Origin: Eledone cirrhosa
Taxonomy: Eukaryota
Length of the DNA stretch: 64,000 nucleotides
Assembly: GCA_964016885.1 (NCBI GenBank)
Contig: OZ024743.1
Span: 299,522,001-299,586,000 of the forward strand
Direction of reading: 5' to 3'
Part shown: piece after piece, positions 39,238-51,292 of the stretch
Numbering within the stretch: the stretch's first letter is position 1
Layout: each line of letters opens with the position of its first letter
Notes under the pieces: generated by a model
What the model was told of the DNA's origin: nothing
Database searches by the model: none
Seen by the model: the letters and a program-made list of their open reading frames with translations, nothing else
Translations under genes and position numbers: made by a program

Positions 39238-42200
39238 TGGAGGAGGTTATAGTTCACTTGAAGCATTGTGTAATGAGGTATACACGTTTGAATATCTATA
39301 ATAAAGCCAAAACAATGCAGGTATGGACATACAAAAAAGAATGCAATTGTAAAAGATATTGTTGACAAATCGTCTTTACCTTAGAATTATTTAAATGCCC
39401 TTAATTTTCGAGATAATATCTCTTCTTCAGAGGGAAATAAATGTCTCAAACCAGCGTTCTAAATATCTTGCCAAGCCATGCTGACAGGAAATAGTATAGT
39501 GTATCTGTTCTATCTCTAATATCAAAGAGTTAAAATTAGGTGGATAAAGAGTAGTCTCCCTTTAAAAGGGGTTTGTATAGGTTTTTATTTATTTATATAC
39601 CTGCCTGTTTAAGTGTGTGGGAGAATGCATGAAGGTGTAAGTATGTGAGTGTGTGTGTGTGAGTGTGAGAAGATAAGTCTATTCGTAAATGTGGGGGATA
39701 GGTGTTATCTGGTGTTAGAACTGGTTTTGTGTGTGCATGTGTGAGAGAGAATAAGTGGAGGTGTAAGCGTGTGTGTGTGTTGGGGTGTGTAAATATGGGG
39801 CTAGAAGCCCTATCAGGTTATAAATTGGGTGTTGAGTTCTAGTCTATTATTGATTTGTGGTTGGGTTTTATCTATAATTAGTGCTTCCTTAATTCTAAGA
39901 TTGCCGAGGTTTCTTTCCTTAGTTTCTATCCTAACTGTTATGGTTTTGTCGGTGTTTTTGCATTTAACTAGGTGTTTCTTAAATGAGGAAGCGTTAGTAT
40001 TGAGGTGTTCTTTTATTCTTATGTGGAGTGGTCTGGTGGTGCTACCTACGTAGAAGTTGTTGCATTTGTCACACTCTAGTCTGTATACGACGTAAGCCTG
40101 GTGCCATAGGTCTGTGTCGTTGATGGAGCAGTTGGCTAGTCTGCAGCAGTTGTCATGTCTGGTGTAGTGTCTTTTGGTTAGCTGTCCGCGTAGAGAAGGA
40201 CCTGAGTGGGCCAGTTGGATATCTAGTCCCTCTCGTCTGATGGCTCCGCGGATGGCTGTTGTTGTTTCTTCACTGAAGTGTGGGAGCTTCAGGAAGCAAG
40301 TGTTAGTGCCTCGGGTGTGGTGTCCTCTGTTCTTTCTGGCACGGTTTGTGGTGGATGTCGTGTATCCGTTCAGTTTGAGTACTTCCAGGAAATGTGTGGT
40401 GTGTGTGTCTCGGTCTCTAGCGTCGGTGCATTTGTTCCGGATACGTGCCAGTTCGTTCCTTATGTATCCGAACTTGGCACCGAGTGGGAGGGCCGATCTG
40501 AAATGTATGAACAGGTCCCTGCTGGCGGCTTTTTTTATAGAAGCAGGTGTGGATGTTGCCTTCCTCTGTTACCCTGAGTTGGAAGTCCAGTAGGGATAGG
40601 GATCCGCGATCATCGGGGTGTTCCATGCTGAACTTTATACTGGCGTCCATGCTGGAGAATGTTGTGTATATTTTATATGCCTCCTCACGAGATGATGTAA
40701 GGATGAGTATGTCATCTACATATCGGGTGAAGAAGGTATGGGAATGGCAGGTGTTGAGGGCTCGGCATTCTAGCTGGTTCATGTAGGTGATGGCCAGCAG
40801 GCCCGATAGGCTGGATCCCATGGGTAATCCTGTTGTCTCTCTGTATGTGTGGTGGTGGAAGGTGAAGTACGTGTTGTCTACTGTGAAGGACAAAAGCTGG
40901 TGTATGTCCGTCGGGTGGAGGCCGTAGCAGTGGATGTCCTCTGCGACCACGCAGTCCGTCAATAAATCGACAGCTGGATGAGCGGGGACTGTAGTGTAGA
41001 GGGAGACAACGTCTAGGCTAAAAGCGTATTTATTTAGTTTAAGTTGTTCTGGCTGGAGTTGGTGTAGTCTACGTATAACTTCGTCGGAGGTACTGACATG
41101 CCCGGGAAAGGTGGAGAGTAGAGGCTTGAGGACCTGGGAGAGGAGCCAGGAAATTGTGTATAGGGGTCCTTCTATGCTAGAGAAGATGGGTCTTATTTGC
41201 GTCTTAGTATTATTCTTGTGGGTCTTGATGAGGTGGTAGAAAGTGGGCAGTCTGCTATTTCTAGTGGTGTAGTTGAGCTTAACTTTATTTGGGAGTTGTC
41301 TTCTCCTACAGATATAGAACCAAATGGAGTTGGTCTGTTTTCGATCTGGGCTGCAGTCATGTCCGGGATCTCTGTGTATAATTCATTGTCGCTTAGGTGT
41401 TCAAAGGCTAGGTTATTGTATGTGGCTTGAGAGATGACGCAAAACTCTTTACCTTTGTCGGATGGTAAGTATATAAGTTCCCTATTCCGTAGGTTCTTCA
41501 GGGCGAGTTGTTGTGTCCTGGAGAGGTTTGGGGCTATCTTCTTCTGTTTCCGTAAGATGTTAAATACGGAATGTTTTAGTCTCAAGAGTTTTTCTTCAAG
41601 CTCGCGGTTGGCGGGCGGTGGATAGAGTGGGCGATCTAGTTGGTATATCGGGAATCTGGGTGTGGTGGATTCCGTGGTGTTGTTGTCGAGAGTCGATATC
41701 CATTTTAGTTGGTAGGCAGCCCGACAGAAATTCGTTTCTATGTCGAGCCATAATTTGTCGTCCAGTCTCTGTTTCAATATGAACTTGGGACCCAGGCTGA
41801 GGAGGTCTAATTCCTGTCGGGAGAGGGATCCCGTCAAGTCTGTGATGAGGTGTTTTGCGTCAGGTGTGTTGTTGGTCGGGGCTCCGCTAGGTTCGGTGTT
41901 GGTACCGTCTTGTTCGCCTCTGTTGGTGTTTAGAGTTGGGATGTTGTTAAGACAGTTGGCCGTCCTGAGTTTGAGAAATGTTTGCGTTAGACGTATTTTC
42001 TCGTAGTCTCGGCGATGGTGGTATAACCTGTCTATAGTGGCGGAGATGACTCTGGACAGAGGTTCTGGCGTTTCAGCGAGTTGTGGTACAAGGCTGGAAA
42101 TAGTCCGTATGTGATGTTGTAGCGTGCGGTGTAGGTGTTGTATGAGTTTTCTTAGGCAGAATTTGTGTATGTAACTAAGTGATCGTTTGAGGCCTGGTGA

Positions 42201-42345
42201 TTTGAAGCATGTTGGTAGGTGCACATTTTTGATAGTTTTGGGGATGATGTTGTTATTCAGGCATCGTTTTAGGAAGTTTATTTGGCAGCCGGCATTGGCG
42301 CGCTTTTCAGATAGCTGGAAGAGATTCTTTACAGTTGTGAACTGG
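39238..42345 (-). mobile_element. Near-complete Penelope-like element (RT + Cys-rich linker + GIY-YIG; Neptune/Nematis-like); ORF ~42345-39813 with two frameshifts
   Basis: FLKRCLNNNIIPK, PSDKGK, YHLIKTHK..IRPI, SLDVVSLYTTVP, GLPMGSSLS, RYVDD, LLDF, VVYRLECDKCNNFYVGSTTRPLHIRIKEH, EALII..QINN; HHR in the 3' region; ends at (TA)n. Confidence 0.93.
39398..39434 (-). ncRNA. Minimal type I hammerhead of the PLE
   Basis: Reverse complement: ccct-CTGAAGA-agagatattatctc-GAAAATTA-aggg; stem III reduced to an AATT palindrome. Confidence 0.75.
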
Positions 42346-44436
42346 GCCTGCCAACCGCGAGCTTGAAGAAAAACTCTCGAGACTAAAACATTCCGTATTT
42401 AACATCTTACGGAAACAGAAGAAGATAGCCCCAAACCTCTCCAGGACACAACAACTCGCCCTGAAGAACCTACGGAATAGGGAACTTATATACTTATCAT
42501 ACGACAAAGGTAAAGTGTTTTGCGTCATCTCTCAAGCCACATAAAATAACCTAGCCTTTGAACACCTAAGCGACAATGAATTATACACAGAGATCCCGGA
42601 CATGACTGCAGGCCAGATCGAAAAACAGACCATCTCCATTTGGTTCTATATCTGTAGGAGAAGACAACTCCCAAATTATGTTAAGCTCAACTACACCACT
42701 AGAAATAGCAGACTGCCCACTTTCTACCACCTCATCAAAACCCACAAGAATAGTACTAAGACGCAAATAAGACCCATCGTCTCTAGCATAGAAGGACCCC
42801 TATACACAATTTCCTGGCTCCTCTCCCAGGTCCTCAAGCCTCTACTCTCCACCTTCCCCGGGCATGTCAGTACCTCCGACGAAGTTATACGTAGACTACA
42901 CCAACTCCAGCCAGAACAACTTAAACTAAATAAATACGCTTTTAGCCTAGACGTTGTCTCCCTCTACACTACAGTCCCCGCTCATCCAGCTGTCGATTTA
43001 TTGACGGACTGCGTGGTCGCAGAGGACATCCACTGCTACGGCCTCCACCCGACGGACATACACCAGCTTTTGTCCTTCACAGTAGACAACACGTACTTCA
43101 CCTTCCACCACCACACATACAGACAGACAACAGGATTACCCATGGGATCCAGCCTATCGAGCCTGCTGGCCATCACCTACATGAACCAGCTAGAATGCCG
43201 AGCCCTCAACACCTGCCATTCCCATGCCTTCTTCACCCGATATGTAGATGACATACTCATCCTTACATCATCTCGTGAGGAGGCATATAAAATATACACA
43301 ACATTCTCCAGCATGGACGCCAGTATAAAGTTCAGCATGGAACACCCCGATGATCGCGGATCCCTATTCCTACTGGACTTCCAACTCAGGGTAACAGAGG
43401 AAGGCAACATCCACACCTGCTTCTATAAAAAAGCCGCCAGCAGGGACCTGTTCGTACATTTCAGATCGGCCCTCCCACTCGGTGCCAAGTTCGGATACAT
43501 AAGGAACGAACTGGCACGTATCCGAAACAAATGCACCGACGCTAGAGACCGAGACACACACACCCAAACATTTCCTGGAAGTACTCAAACTGAACGGATA
43601 CACGACATCCACCACAAACCGTGCCAGAAAGAAGAGAGGACACCCCACCCGAGGCACTAACACTTGCTTCCTGAAGCTCCCACACTTCAGTGAAGAAACA
43701 ACAACAGCCTCCCGCAGAGCCATCAGACGAGAGGGACTAGATATCCAACTGGCCCACTCAGGTCCTTCTCTACGCGGACAGCTAACCAAAAGACACTACA
43801 CCAGACATGACAACTGCTGCAGACTAGCCAACTGCCCCATCAACGACACAGACCTATGCCACCAGGCTTACGTCGTATATAGACTAGAGTGTGACAAATG
43901 CAACAACTTCTACGTAGGTAGCACCACCAGACCACTCCACATAAGAATAAAAGAACACCTCAATACTAACGCTTCCTCATTTAAGAAACACCTAGTTAAA
44001 TGCAAAAACACCGACAAAACCATAACAGTTAGGATAGAAACTAAGGAAAGAAACCTCGGCAATCTTAGAATTAAGGAAGCACTAATTATAGATAAAACCC
44101 AACCACAAATCAATAATAGACTAGAACTCAACACCCAATTTATAACCTGATAGGGCTTCTAGCCCCATATTTACACACCCCAACACACACACACGCTTAC
44201 ACCTCCACTTATTCTCTCTCACACATGCACACACAAAACCAGTTCTAACACCAGATAACACCTATCCCCCACATTTACGAATAGACTTATCTTCTCACAC
44301 TCACACACACACACTCACATACTTACACCTTCATGCATTCTCCCACACAATTCTTGTCAACAATATCTTTTACAATTGCATTCTTTTTTCTATGTCCATA
44401 CCTGCATTGTTTTGGCTTTATTATACATATTCAAAC

Positions 44437-44440
<4 letters not shown>
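42346..44440 (+). mobile_element. Inverted second copy of the same PLE (RT+GIY-YIG; ORF piece 42602-43660, stop at 44150), HHR segment deleted
   Basis: Reverse complement of ~39617-41616, then jumps to match ~39280-39368. Confidence 0.93.
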
Positions 44441-44469
<29 letters not shown>

Positions 44470-44472
<3 letters not shown>

Positions 44473-44653
44473 CTGTTTCTACTTTAGGCACAAGGCCAGC
44501 AATTACACAGTGCATTACTGGTACTTTATTTTATCGACCCCGTAAAGATGAAAGGCAAAGTCAACCTCGGCGGGATTTGATCTCAGATCGTAACGGGACG
44601 TAACTAAGCTGGAAAGCATGGCGTCCGACCCTCAACCGATACTGCCAATCCAC
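44470..44653 (-). mobile_element. tRNA-derived SINE, family A
   Basis: Matches the family consensus. Confidence 0.9.
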
Positions 44654-44709
44654 AACGCCGATGAATTAGTTTTGCGATGTTTTTGATATGAAATCCTGTG
44701 TCGAAACAA

Positions 44710-44909
44710 ATATTGTTATACTTGGATAGGGTCATATTTGTGTAATAATATTGCCAGAATTCATAACAGAACACACTCACTGTTTGGTTGGTTTTCGCTT
44801 CTGTGTCCTTTATATAAAAGACACAGAAGCGAAAACCAACCAAACAGTGAGTGTGTTCTGTTATGAATTCTGGCAATATTATTACACAAATATGACCCTC
44901 CCCAGGTAT

Positions 44910-44917
<8 letters not shown>
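44710..44917. repeat. Near-perfect spacerless palindrome (~100 bp arms) centred on tttatataaa
   Basis: Both strands translate to almost the same peptide (MPEFITEHTH..); a single-arm copy lies at 58953-59055. Confidence 0.93.
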
Positions 44918-44969
<52 letters not shown>

Positions 44970-45473
44970 ATAATAAATATTATAATAAACTTATGAACTC
45001 ATCAGGCAGCTATTAGTTGAAAAGAAAAGAAAACTTGAAGAAGAAATAAAGATTATTTCTGCTGTTTCAATTCATTGATGAGTCACTGGTTGATCAATGG
45101 TGTTGCTTTTTCAGAGCACCGGTGATACGATTTAAAATAAAAAGCCTCACAGCATCAACACAAAGCGTATTAAAGGCCTCTCCTTAGTTATTGGTCAGAG
45201 ATAGCTCTACCACCATATCATCCAGCTATTGTGAATTCCCAAGTGGTGCTATGGTCTGAGATATGCCGTCCACTCGTACAGGAACTAGGTCATTTACAGA
45301 TAGATGCTTTAGCAGTAGAGGTTAGCCTTAGAAATCGGTTACTGTGGCAAATGGATGTGTATGCAGCAACAACAACAACAGTTCAGTCCATATCGCCTAT
45401 ATCTCAGTTAATTAGGAGGGGGTATTAGTACTCGGCGTTAGTGACCGGAGTAGCAGTGGCAGTAGTGATAATA

Positions 45474-45662
45474 TAATTGTTTCTACTTTTGGCACAATGC
45501 CAGCAACTAACCCAGTGCATTACCGGTGCTATATTTCATCGACCCCATAAGGATGAAAGGCAAAGCTAAGCAGGGCAGGATTTGATCTCACAACGTAAAG
45601 GGTTATAACTCAATGCTGCAAAGCATGGCGTCCGAACCTCTACCGATACTGCCAATCCACCG
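45474..45662 (-). mobile_element. tRNA-derived SINE, family A
   Basis: Matches the family consensus. Confidence 0.87.
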
Positions 45663-45756
45663 TCTAGTAGTGATAATATAATATAATCAGTCCAGCCAAT
45701 ATGTAGTACAATACACATTAAGTGAGATTTAGTGTTGACATATAGGAATGATAAAT

Positions 45757-46120
45757 TAGAATAAAATAAAATAAAGCTAAATAAAGATTGAAGACCATTG
45801 AATAAATCACAAGCGAAAAGTAAGAATAAATGGTGCAGAAGTAGAAACAAATGACAGAAAAAATAATTACACGAAGTATAAACAGTTGCGTTATGCTAAA
45901 AGTACCATGATTAGACTATGTCAACTCCTAATATGTATTACAAAATTGATGGTCATGGTCATACTGAGATATAACACATGCCAAGAAACGTATCAGATAT
46001 GCACTGGCGTGGAGGAAAGGGGTATTCCTAGTAACATTGACCTCAGAAAAAGTATTATGATCAGAGTCAATACACATATATCTAATATTGTTTATGTATT
46101 TGCAAATATGGATATATAAA
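45757..46120. repeat. Dispersed repeat with an inverted copy at ~48945-49502, the latter interrupted by a SINE
   Basis: gtcaactcctaatatgtattacaaaattgat and cctagtaacattgacctcagaaaaagtatt are shared in reverse complement. Confidence 0.88.
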
Positions 46121-46172
46121 TATATAAATATATATATGCACACACACACACACCCTTTACTTTCGTTTCATA

Positions 46173-46235
<63 letters not shown>

Positions 46236-46735
46236 TAATAATAATAAATTTGAAGACTAAAATCCAAAGAAGGCTCGATAACGATAAATATATATCAAAT
46301 ATATAAGAACCGTAGAGCAAATATTTATTAAAACAACGGATTAAAGTTTAAGCAACGAATCGCTGCTTTCACTCTTAACGGGATCTTCTAAAACTAAAAA
46401 TATCAATCTGTGAACGCAGAAGTAAATATTTCGGAAAATGTTGCAACCGAAGGAAGACAGGAAGGCAGTACTTTGGTTCGTGGAAACGTTCTCTGGCAAA
46501 GAACGGAAAAAAATGAAGATAATACGTCATTATGTGGAACGGCGAGAACAATTACACGCAAAGACAAAACCACGTTTATGGTATAACTGAAGTCGCAGGC
46601 TAAATGATACTCGGCTCCAGAGTTAAGAATATTTTCGAAATATTTACTTCTGCGTTCACAGATTGATATTTTTAGTTTCAGAAGATCCCATTAAGGGTGA
46701 AAGCAACGATTCTTTGCTTTAACTTTAATCTGTTA

Positions 46736-46742
<7 letters not shown>
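46236..46742. mobile_element. pLTR family C: minus copy 46236-46630 plus inverted partial copy 46630-46742; HHR-like motifs at 46345-46395 (-) and 46674-46724 (+)
   Basis: Matches 11170-11535; cores read TAGAAGA and CAGAAGA; (TA)n on both sides. Confidence 0.8.
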
Positions 46743-46790
<48 letters not shown>

Positions 46791-46816
46791 GAGGTGTGTA
46801 AGAAAATATATATATA

Positions 46817-47687
46817 CGAGGTGTGTCAAAAAAGTTCCAGGACTGATGTCACAAAAGATTGATTTCAAACCCAAACTTTACACTAAGAGTTTTCTCCTTC
46901 AAAGTAATCCCTCTGGAGTCTAATGCACTTTTCCATCCTTTTCTGCCACGCTTGCATGCACTGCTGGAAGGATTCTTCCGGGATACTCCCCATTTCCGTC
47001 GTCACGGCCTTTTTGATGTCGTCTACGTCTTCAAAACGGGTCCCCTCCCGGTTATACTCTAAGATCCATGACTCATCACCGATGATGATGATTGTCCCAA
47101 GCAATTCTGCTTTGGTTTCAAGACGCTCGAGGATGTCCTGGCACATTTGCATGCGTCATCGTTCAGTAGTTTTGAAACCATCTTCGCGCAGACTTTCCGC
47201 ATGTCCAAATCTTCAGTGTGAATCTTCCAGACGCTGTCCCGATTCATGCCCAACTCATTTGCCATCAGTCGAACAGTCAGCCGACGATCGCTACGCACCA
47301 TCTGCCTGACGCGCTCAACGTTGACCTCAGTCCTCGTTGTTGAGGGCCTTCCGCTCCTGGGGTCATCTTCCATCACTCAAAAACACGCGAGCGTGACATC
47401 GTCTCATCTCCATACACTGCAGCAATCCCAGTGCTTCTGACGGAGTTTTCCCCAACCGTACCAGAAACTTCAAGTTTGTTCGTTGCTCCGTGATCATTGC
47501 TTGACGACCTGAAACAGAGGACATGTGTATAAAATTATGAAGAAAAAAGTTTGATCGCAGCAGAGAGCTAAGATTAAAGTTACATACACCAGAGGGTTTA
47601 CTTTGAAGGAGAAAACTCTTAGTGTGAAGTTTGGTTTGAAATAAATATTTTGTGACATCAGTCCTGGAAGTTTTCTGACACACCTCG
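46817..47687 (-). mobile_element. Internally deleted mariner (Tc1/mariner) with ~100 bp imperfect TIRs and TA target duplication
   Basis: TA|cgaggtgtgtca...tgacacacctcg|TA; fragments EQRTNLKFLVRLGKTPSE, EDDPRSGRPST, DRRLTVR, RKVCAKMV, GDESW, RFEDVDDIK..WQKRMEKCI..DYFEG; the segment holding the 2nd and 3rd catalytic Asp is missing. Confidence 0.93.
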
Positions 47688-47819
47688 TATAATTAGTTTA
47701 GTTATTGTTCACGCTAGCCTGAGGTATCTGGTCTTTAATGCGAAGAACTATCTATCATGGCTAGTAGACCACTCATTATGGATAGTCCTGGCTTCTATTT
47801 CTAATTCTTCATTTTAATT

Positions 47820-47850
<31 letters not shown>

Positions 47851-48009
47851 CAAGAGCAAGAATTGCAGGGTCATTTTAATGACATTACTTAAAGGCGCTG
47901 CTTGCATAATTGCAAACGAATCGAATATTATTATCAATATTGAAAAACTCAGATTACATTTATTGTATTCAGCCAAGTAGAGCGATAAACTATATATATA
48001 TATATCTCA

Positions 48010-48225
48010 ACAATCGACTTTCGTCAAATCGGACCGAGGGAACAATGTTTCCGTTGGTCTCTCCAATTGCTAATACAATCTATCGCTCGCAACTCCAGGT
48101 AGAAGGAGCAACGTGAAATAAAGTGTCTTGCCCAAGGACATAACGCATCACCTGGTCCAGGAATCGAACTCACAACCTTACGATTGCGAATCCAATTCTC
48201 TAACCACTCAGCCACACGCCTTCAC
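48010..48225 (-). mobile_element. tRNA-derived SINE, family B
   Basis: Reverse complement of 31004-31220. Confidence 0.85.
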
Positions 48226-48229
48226 TCAT

Positions 48230-48879
48230 ATATATATATCATAAAACATGTCTATAGAATCACAAGATAAAATATATACTATTTCCTCTCCCAATTAGCA
48301 TAATTAACTATATAAAAAATCGAATAGACCAGGCTATACGAATGAGGCTTCTATGAAGGAGTCTCCGACAAATAACCAAAACTAGCGCTTCGCGTCGGCC
48401 GTAGCGGAATATTTATCGAATATTTCGACAGCGTAATCACCTAGATACAGTCAACTAAGCAGAATTAAACTAGGAGAAAATAGAATACATACCTCTACCA
48501 TAGTTTCGTCCGTGTTTTGAGTTTTCCAATAATTATGTAATAATTATATAAACTCGAGCGCCGGATTCTTCAGGAAGCTCGCTCATATCTAGACATTAAA
48601 TTTTCCAAAACGATCGCGCCAAGAATTCATTTCAAAATGGCTAAAAGTCGCGGTCAAGTTGGAAGGGGTGTGGTAGTTGCTTACGACTGGTGGCATTTTT
48701 GCTAGAAAGCACAGCACAATACAGCCGAATTTGTATCTCAACCTAGTGGGAGATTATTACATATAAAAGTTTACATATATATATATACATACATACATAT
48801 ACGTGTTTTGCAACTGGTCACGTTTTGGCTCAATGAAAAATTAATCAATTAAACAATCAGAGCTATATATCATAAAACA

Positions 48880-48885
<6 letters not shown>
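48230..48885 (-). mobile_element. pLTR/retrozyme-like repeat family D, copy 2
   Basis: Collinear with 21460-22130; terminal repeat tatatatcataaaacatgtctata at both ends; (TA)n flanks. Confidence 0.78.
48492..48577 (-). ncRNA. Type I hammerhead ribozyme
   Basis: Reverse complement: cttc-CTGAAGA-atccg...cggac-GAAA-ctatgg-TA-gagg. Confidence 0.72.
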
Positions 48886-48954
<69 letters not shown>

Positions 48955-49203
48955 TTGGATATACATAAACAAAATTAGATATATGTGTATTAACTCTGAG
49001 CACAATACTTTTTCTGAGGTCAATGTTACTAGGAATACGCCTTTCCTCCACGCAAGTGCATATCTGATACGTTTCTTGGTATGTGTTATATCTCTGTATG
49101 ACCATGACTATCAATTTTGTAATACATATTAGGAGTTGACATAGTCAAATCATGGTACTTTTAACTTAACGCAACTTTTTATACTTCGTGTAATTATTAT
49201 TTC

Positions 49204-49396
49204 GGGCGGTGGATTGGCAGTATCGGTAGAGGGTCGGACACCATGCTTTCCAGCATAGTTACGTCCCTTTACGATCTGAGTTCAAATCCCGCCGAGGTTG
49301 ACTTTGCCTTTCATCCTTACGGGGTCGATAAAATGAAGTACCAGTAATGCACTAGGTAATTGCTGGCCTTGTGCCTAAAGTAGAAACAATTATTTC
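49204..49396 (+). mobile_element. tRNA-derived SINE, family A, full length with TSD attatttc (central domain resembles the Meta/Sauria SINE domain)
   Basis: A-box-like tggcagtatcgg, B box gagttcaaatccc, gcctttcatccttacggggtcgataaaatgaagtaccag; attatttc at 49196-49203 and 49389-49396. Confidence 0.92.
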
Positions 49397-49530
49397 TGTC
49401 ATTTGTTTCTACTTCTGCACCATTTATTTTAATTTTCGCTTGTGATTTATTTAATGGTTGTTTATCTTCAATCTTTATTTAGCTTTATTTTATGTTATTC
49501 TATATACAAATATCTATATATACAAATATC

Positions 49531-49617
<87 letters not shown>

Positions 49618-49651
49618 AGATTTGAATGGATACAGTTTAGTTGAAAGGAAT

Positions 49652-49768
49652 TTATTGACACGTGTTTCTATAACAGTTACATAACCTAAAACAGCTATCT
49701 ACAAACTTTTAGTTATGCAGACATTCAATATTTCAATGTTATTATTTACTGTCATTTCATCAGAATAA
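49652..49768 (-). ncRNA. Type I hammerhead ribozyme with 88-nt stem II region
   Basis: Reverse complement: ttatt-CTGATGA-aatgacagt...actgttata-GAAA-cacgtg-TC-aataa; GUC site, palindromic stem III. Confidence 0.8.
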
Positions 49769-50026
49769 TATTACTGAGGACCTATTTAGTTTTTATAGAG
49801 AATATTAGGAGGGAGGGGTGAAGTTGTTAGAAGAATAGTTGAAGGAGTGGTTTTTCGATAGCAGTGAGAATTCTTGGTGGCAGTGAGTAATTAGATTCCC
49901 ATCTGTTGTTTTGACATTTTTTATAGAATATATTATTGGTTATTTTTCTAAATCTATAGAAGGATTAGAGATAGTAAAGATATGTATTTATAAAAAATTA
50001 TTCCTAATTCTAACCACCTTAAATCT

Positions 50027-51292
50027 ATGATTAGTTCTATTATTAATGGTGTATCTAATAGAATCTCCACGCTCTCTAAAGATATAGGAATATTTAATTC
50101 ACATGCTGAGTATTATAATAATGCCCTAGCTAACTCTGGTTACTCTGGTAGAATACACTATAAAGATGACCACCTTGGAATGACTCCGTTTACCCATAAT
50201 AACGTAATATCCCATAACATGGCCTTGAATGGGAGAAGAAAATCTAGGAATCATGGAAATTCTATTGGTTCATCCAAACCGAACCATATGTATAACCACC
50301 ACGATAATAATCGTAATAGTGAGTCTAATGGTGCAGTTTTTGAGATTAGTTCTAGTGAACAGGATAGGCGCTCTGAACGTTCACCCAGTGGTGATGTTTT
50401 AACGGCTTTTAATAGTGTTAATTCAACCTGTCCTAGTATTAACCCTAATCCTATTAATAGGATACGAGATAGAAATAAAAATAGTAAAGGTAGGAATAGG
50501 AGGAGGCTCAATACTTACTTTAACCCGCCTTATAATCATGAAGTATTAACTAATATCCCTAGATCTTTCTTTTCTATTTTAGAGAAAAATTTCCCTCCTA
50601 CTAATAAATACCATAGTATCTTTAATAAGAATATAATTAAACTCTCCTTCTCTACCACCCCTAACATTAATTCTCATCTAGATAGCACTAATAATAGGAA
50701 AATTAGGGACAGCTACTGCACTTTGCGTACCACTAATCTAGATAGCTCTATCAACAACTTACTACCCGAGCAGATCTTATCTTCTAATAACCCTGGGAAT
50801 AATGTATCGCGTAATCAGCTAATCACTAATACCCGGAAGTGTAACTGTAGATTAAGTAATAACTGCCCTTTGAATGGTCACTGCCTCTCTAGGAAGATTG
50901 TTTATGCATGTGAAGTTAAGACTAATTCTTCTTGTAGAACATATATAGGCTCCACATCTAATACTTTTAAAACTAGGTTTAATTCACATATTTCTAATTT
51001 TAAGCATATCAAGTTTAAGAACTCTACTTCTTTAGCACACCATATCTGGGATTTAAAAGGGGCTTGTATACCATATAGCCTAAATTGGCGTATAGTAGCA
51101 CACTCTAATCACCTCTCAACACACGCTAAATTCTGTAATCTTTGTAACCTAGAGACCCACTCTATAATGTTCTCTAGGAACGTATTGCTTAATAGAAAAT
51201 CTGAAATTTGTTCTTCCTGTCCGCATGCTATTTCTAATTCCTTCTTCTATTATAGACCTAAAAGCTCTGGTAGTTTAAACCGTATCCATTAG
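50027..51292 (+). CDS. PLE RT thumb + GIY-YIG endonuclease (C-terminal 421 aa, uninterrupted)
   Basis: RISTLS..YNNALANSGY, YFNPPYN, IKLSFSTTPNI, CNCRLSNNCPLNGHC, IVYACEV..TYIGSTSNTFKTRFNSH, SLAHHIW, CNLCNLE, LLNRKSE..CPH. Confidence 0.88.
   Translation: MISSIINGVSNRISTLSKDIGIFNSHAEYYNNALANSGYSGRIHYKDDHLGMTPFTHNNVISHNMALNGRRKSRNHGNSIGSSKPNHMYNHHDNNRNSESNGAVFEISSSEQDRRSERSPSGDVLTAFNSVNSTCPSINPNPINRIRDRNKNSKGRNRRRLNTYFNPPYNHEVLTNIPRSFFSILEKNFPPTNKYHSIFNKNIIKLSFSTTPNINSHLDSTNNRKIRDSYCTLRTTNLDSSINNLLPEQILSSNNPGNNVSRNQLITNTRKCNCRLSNNCPLNGHCLSRKIVYACEVKTNSSCRTYIGSTSNTFKTRFNSHISNFKHIKFKNSTSLAHHIWDLKGACIPYSLNWRIVAHSNHLSTHAKFCNLCNLETHSIMFSRNVLLNRKSEICSSCPHAISNSFFYYRPKSSGSLNRIH

Noticed and set aside
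46883-47683. Host SETMAR/GVQW-like gene
   Set aside because: Fragmented frames, TIRs and TA duplication show a dead mariner
50027-51292. Possible selenoprotein-type Naiad (in-frame UGA at Cys sites)
   Set aside because: Conserved Cys positions are normal Cys codons here and in the readable parts of the two other GIY-YIG fragments; no SECIS was identified
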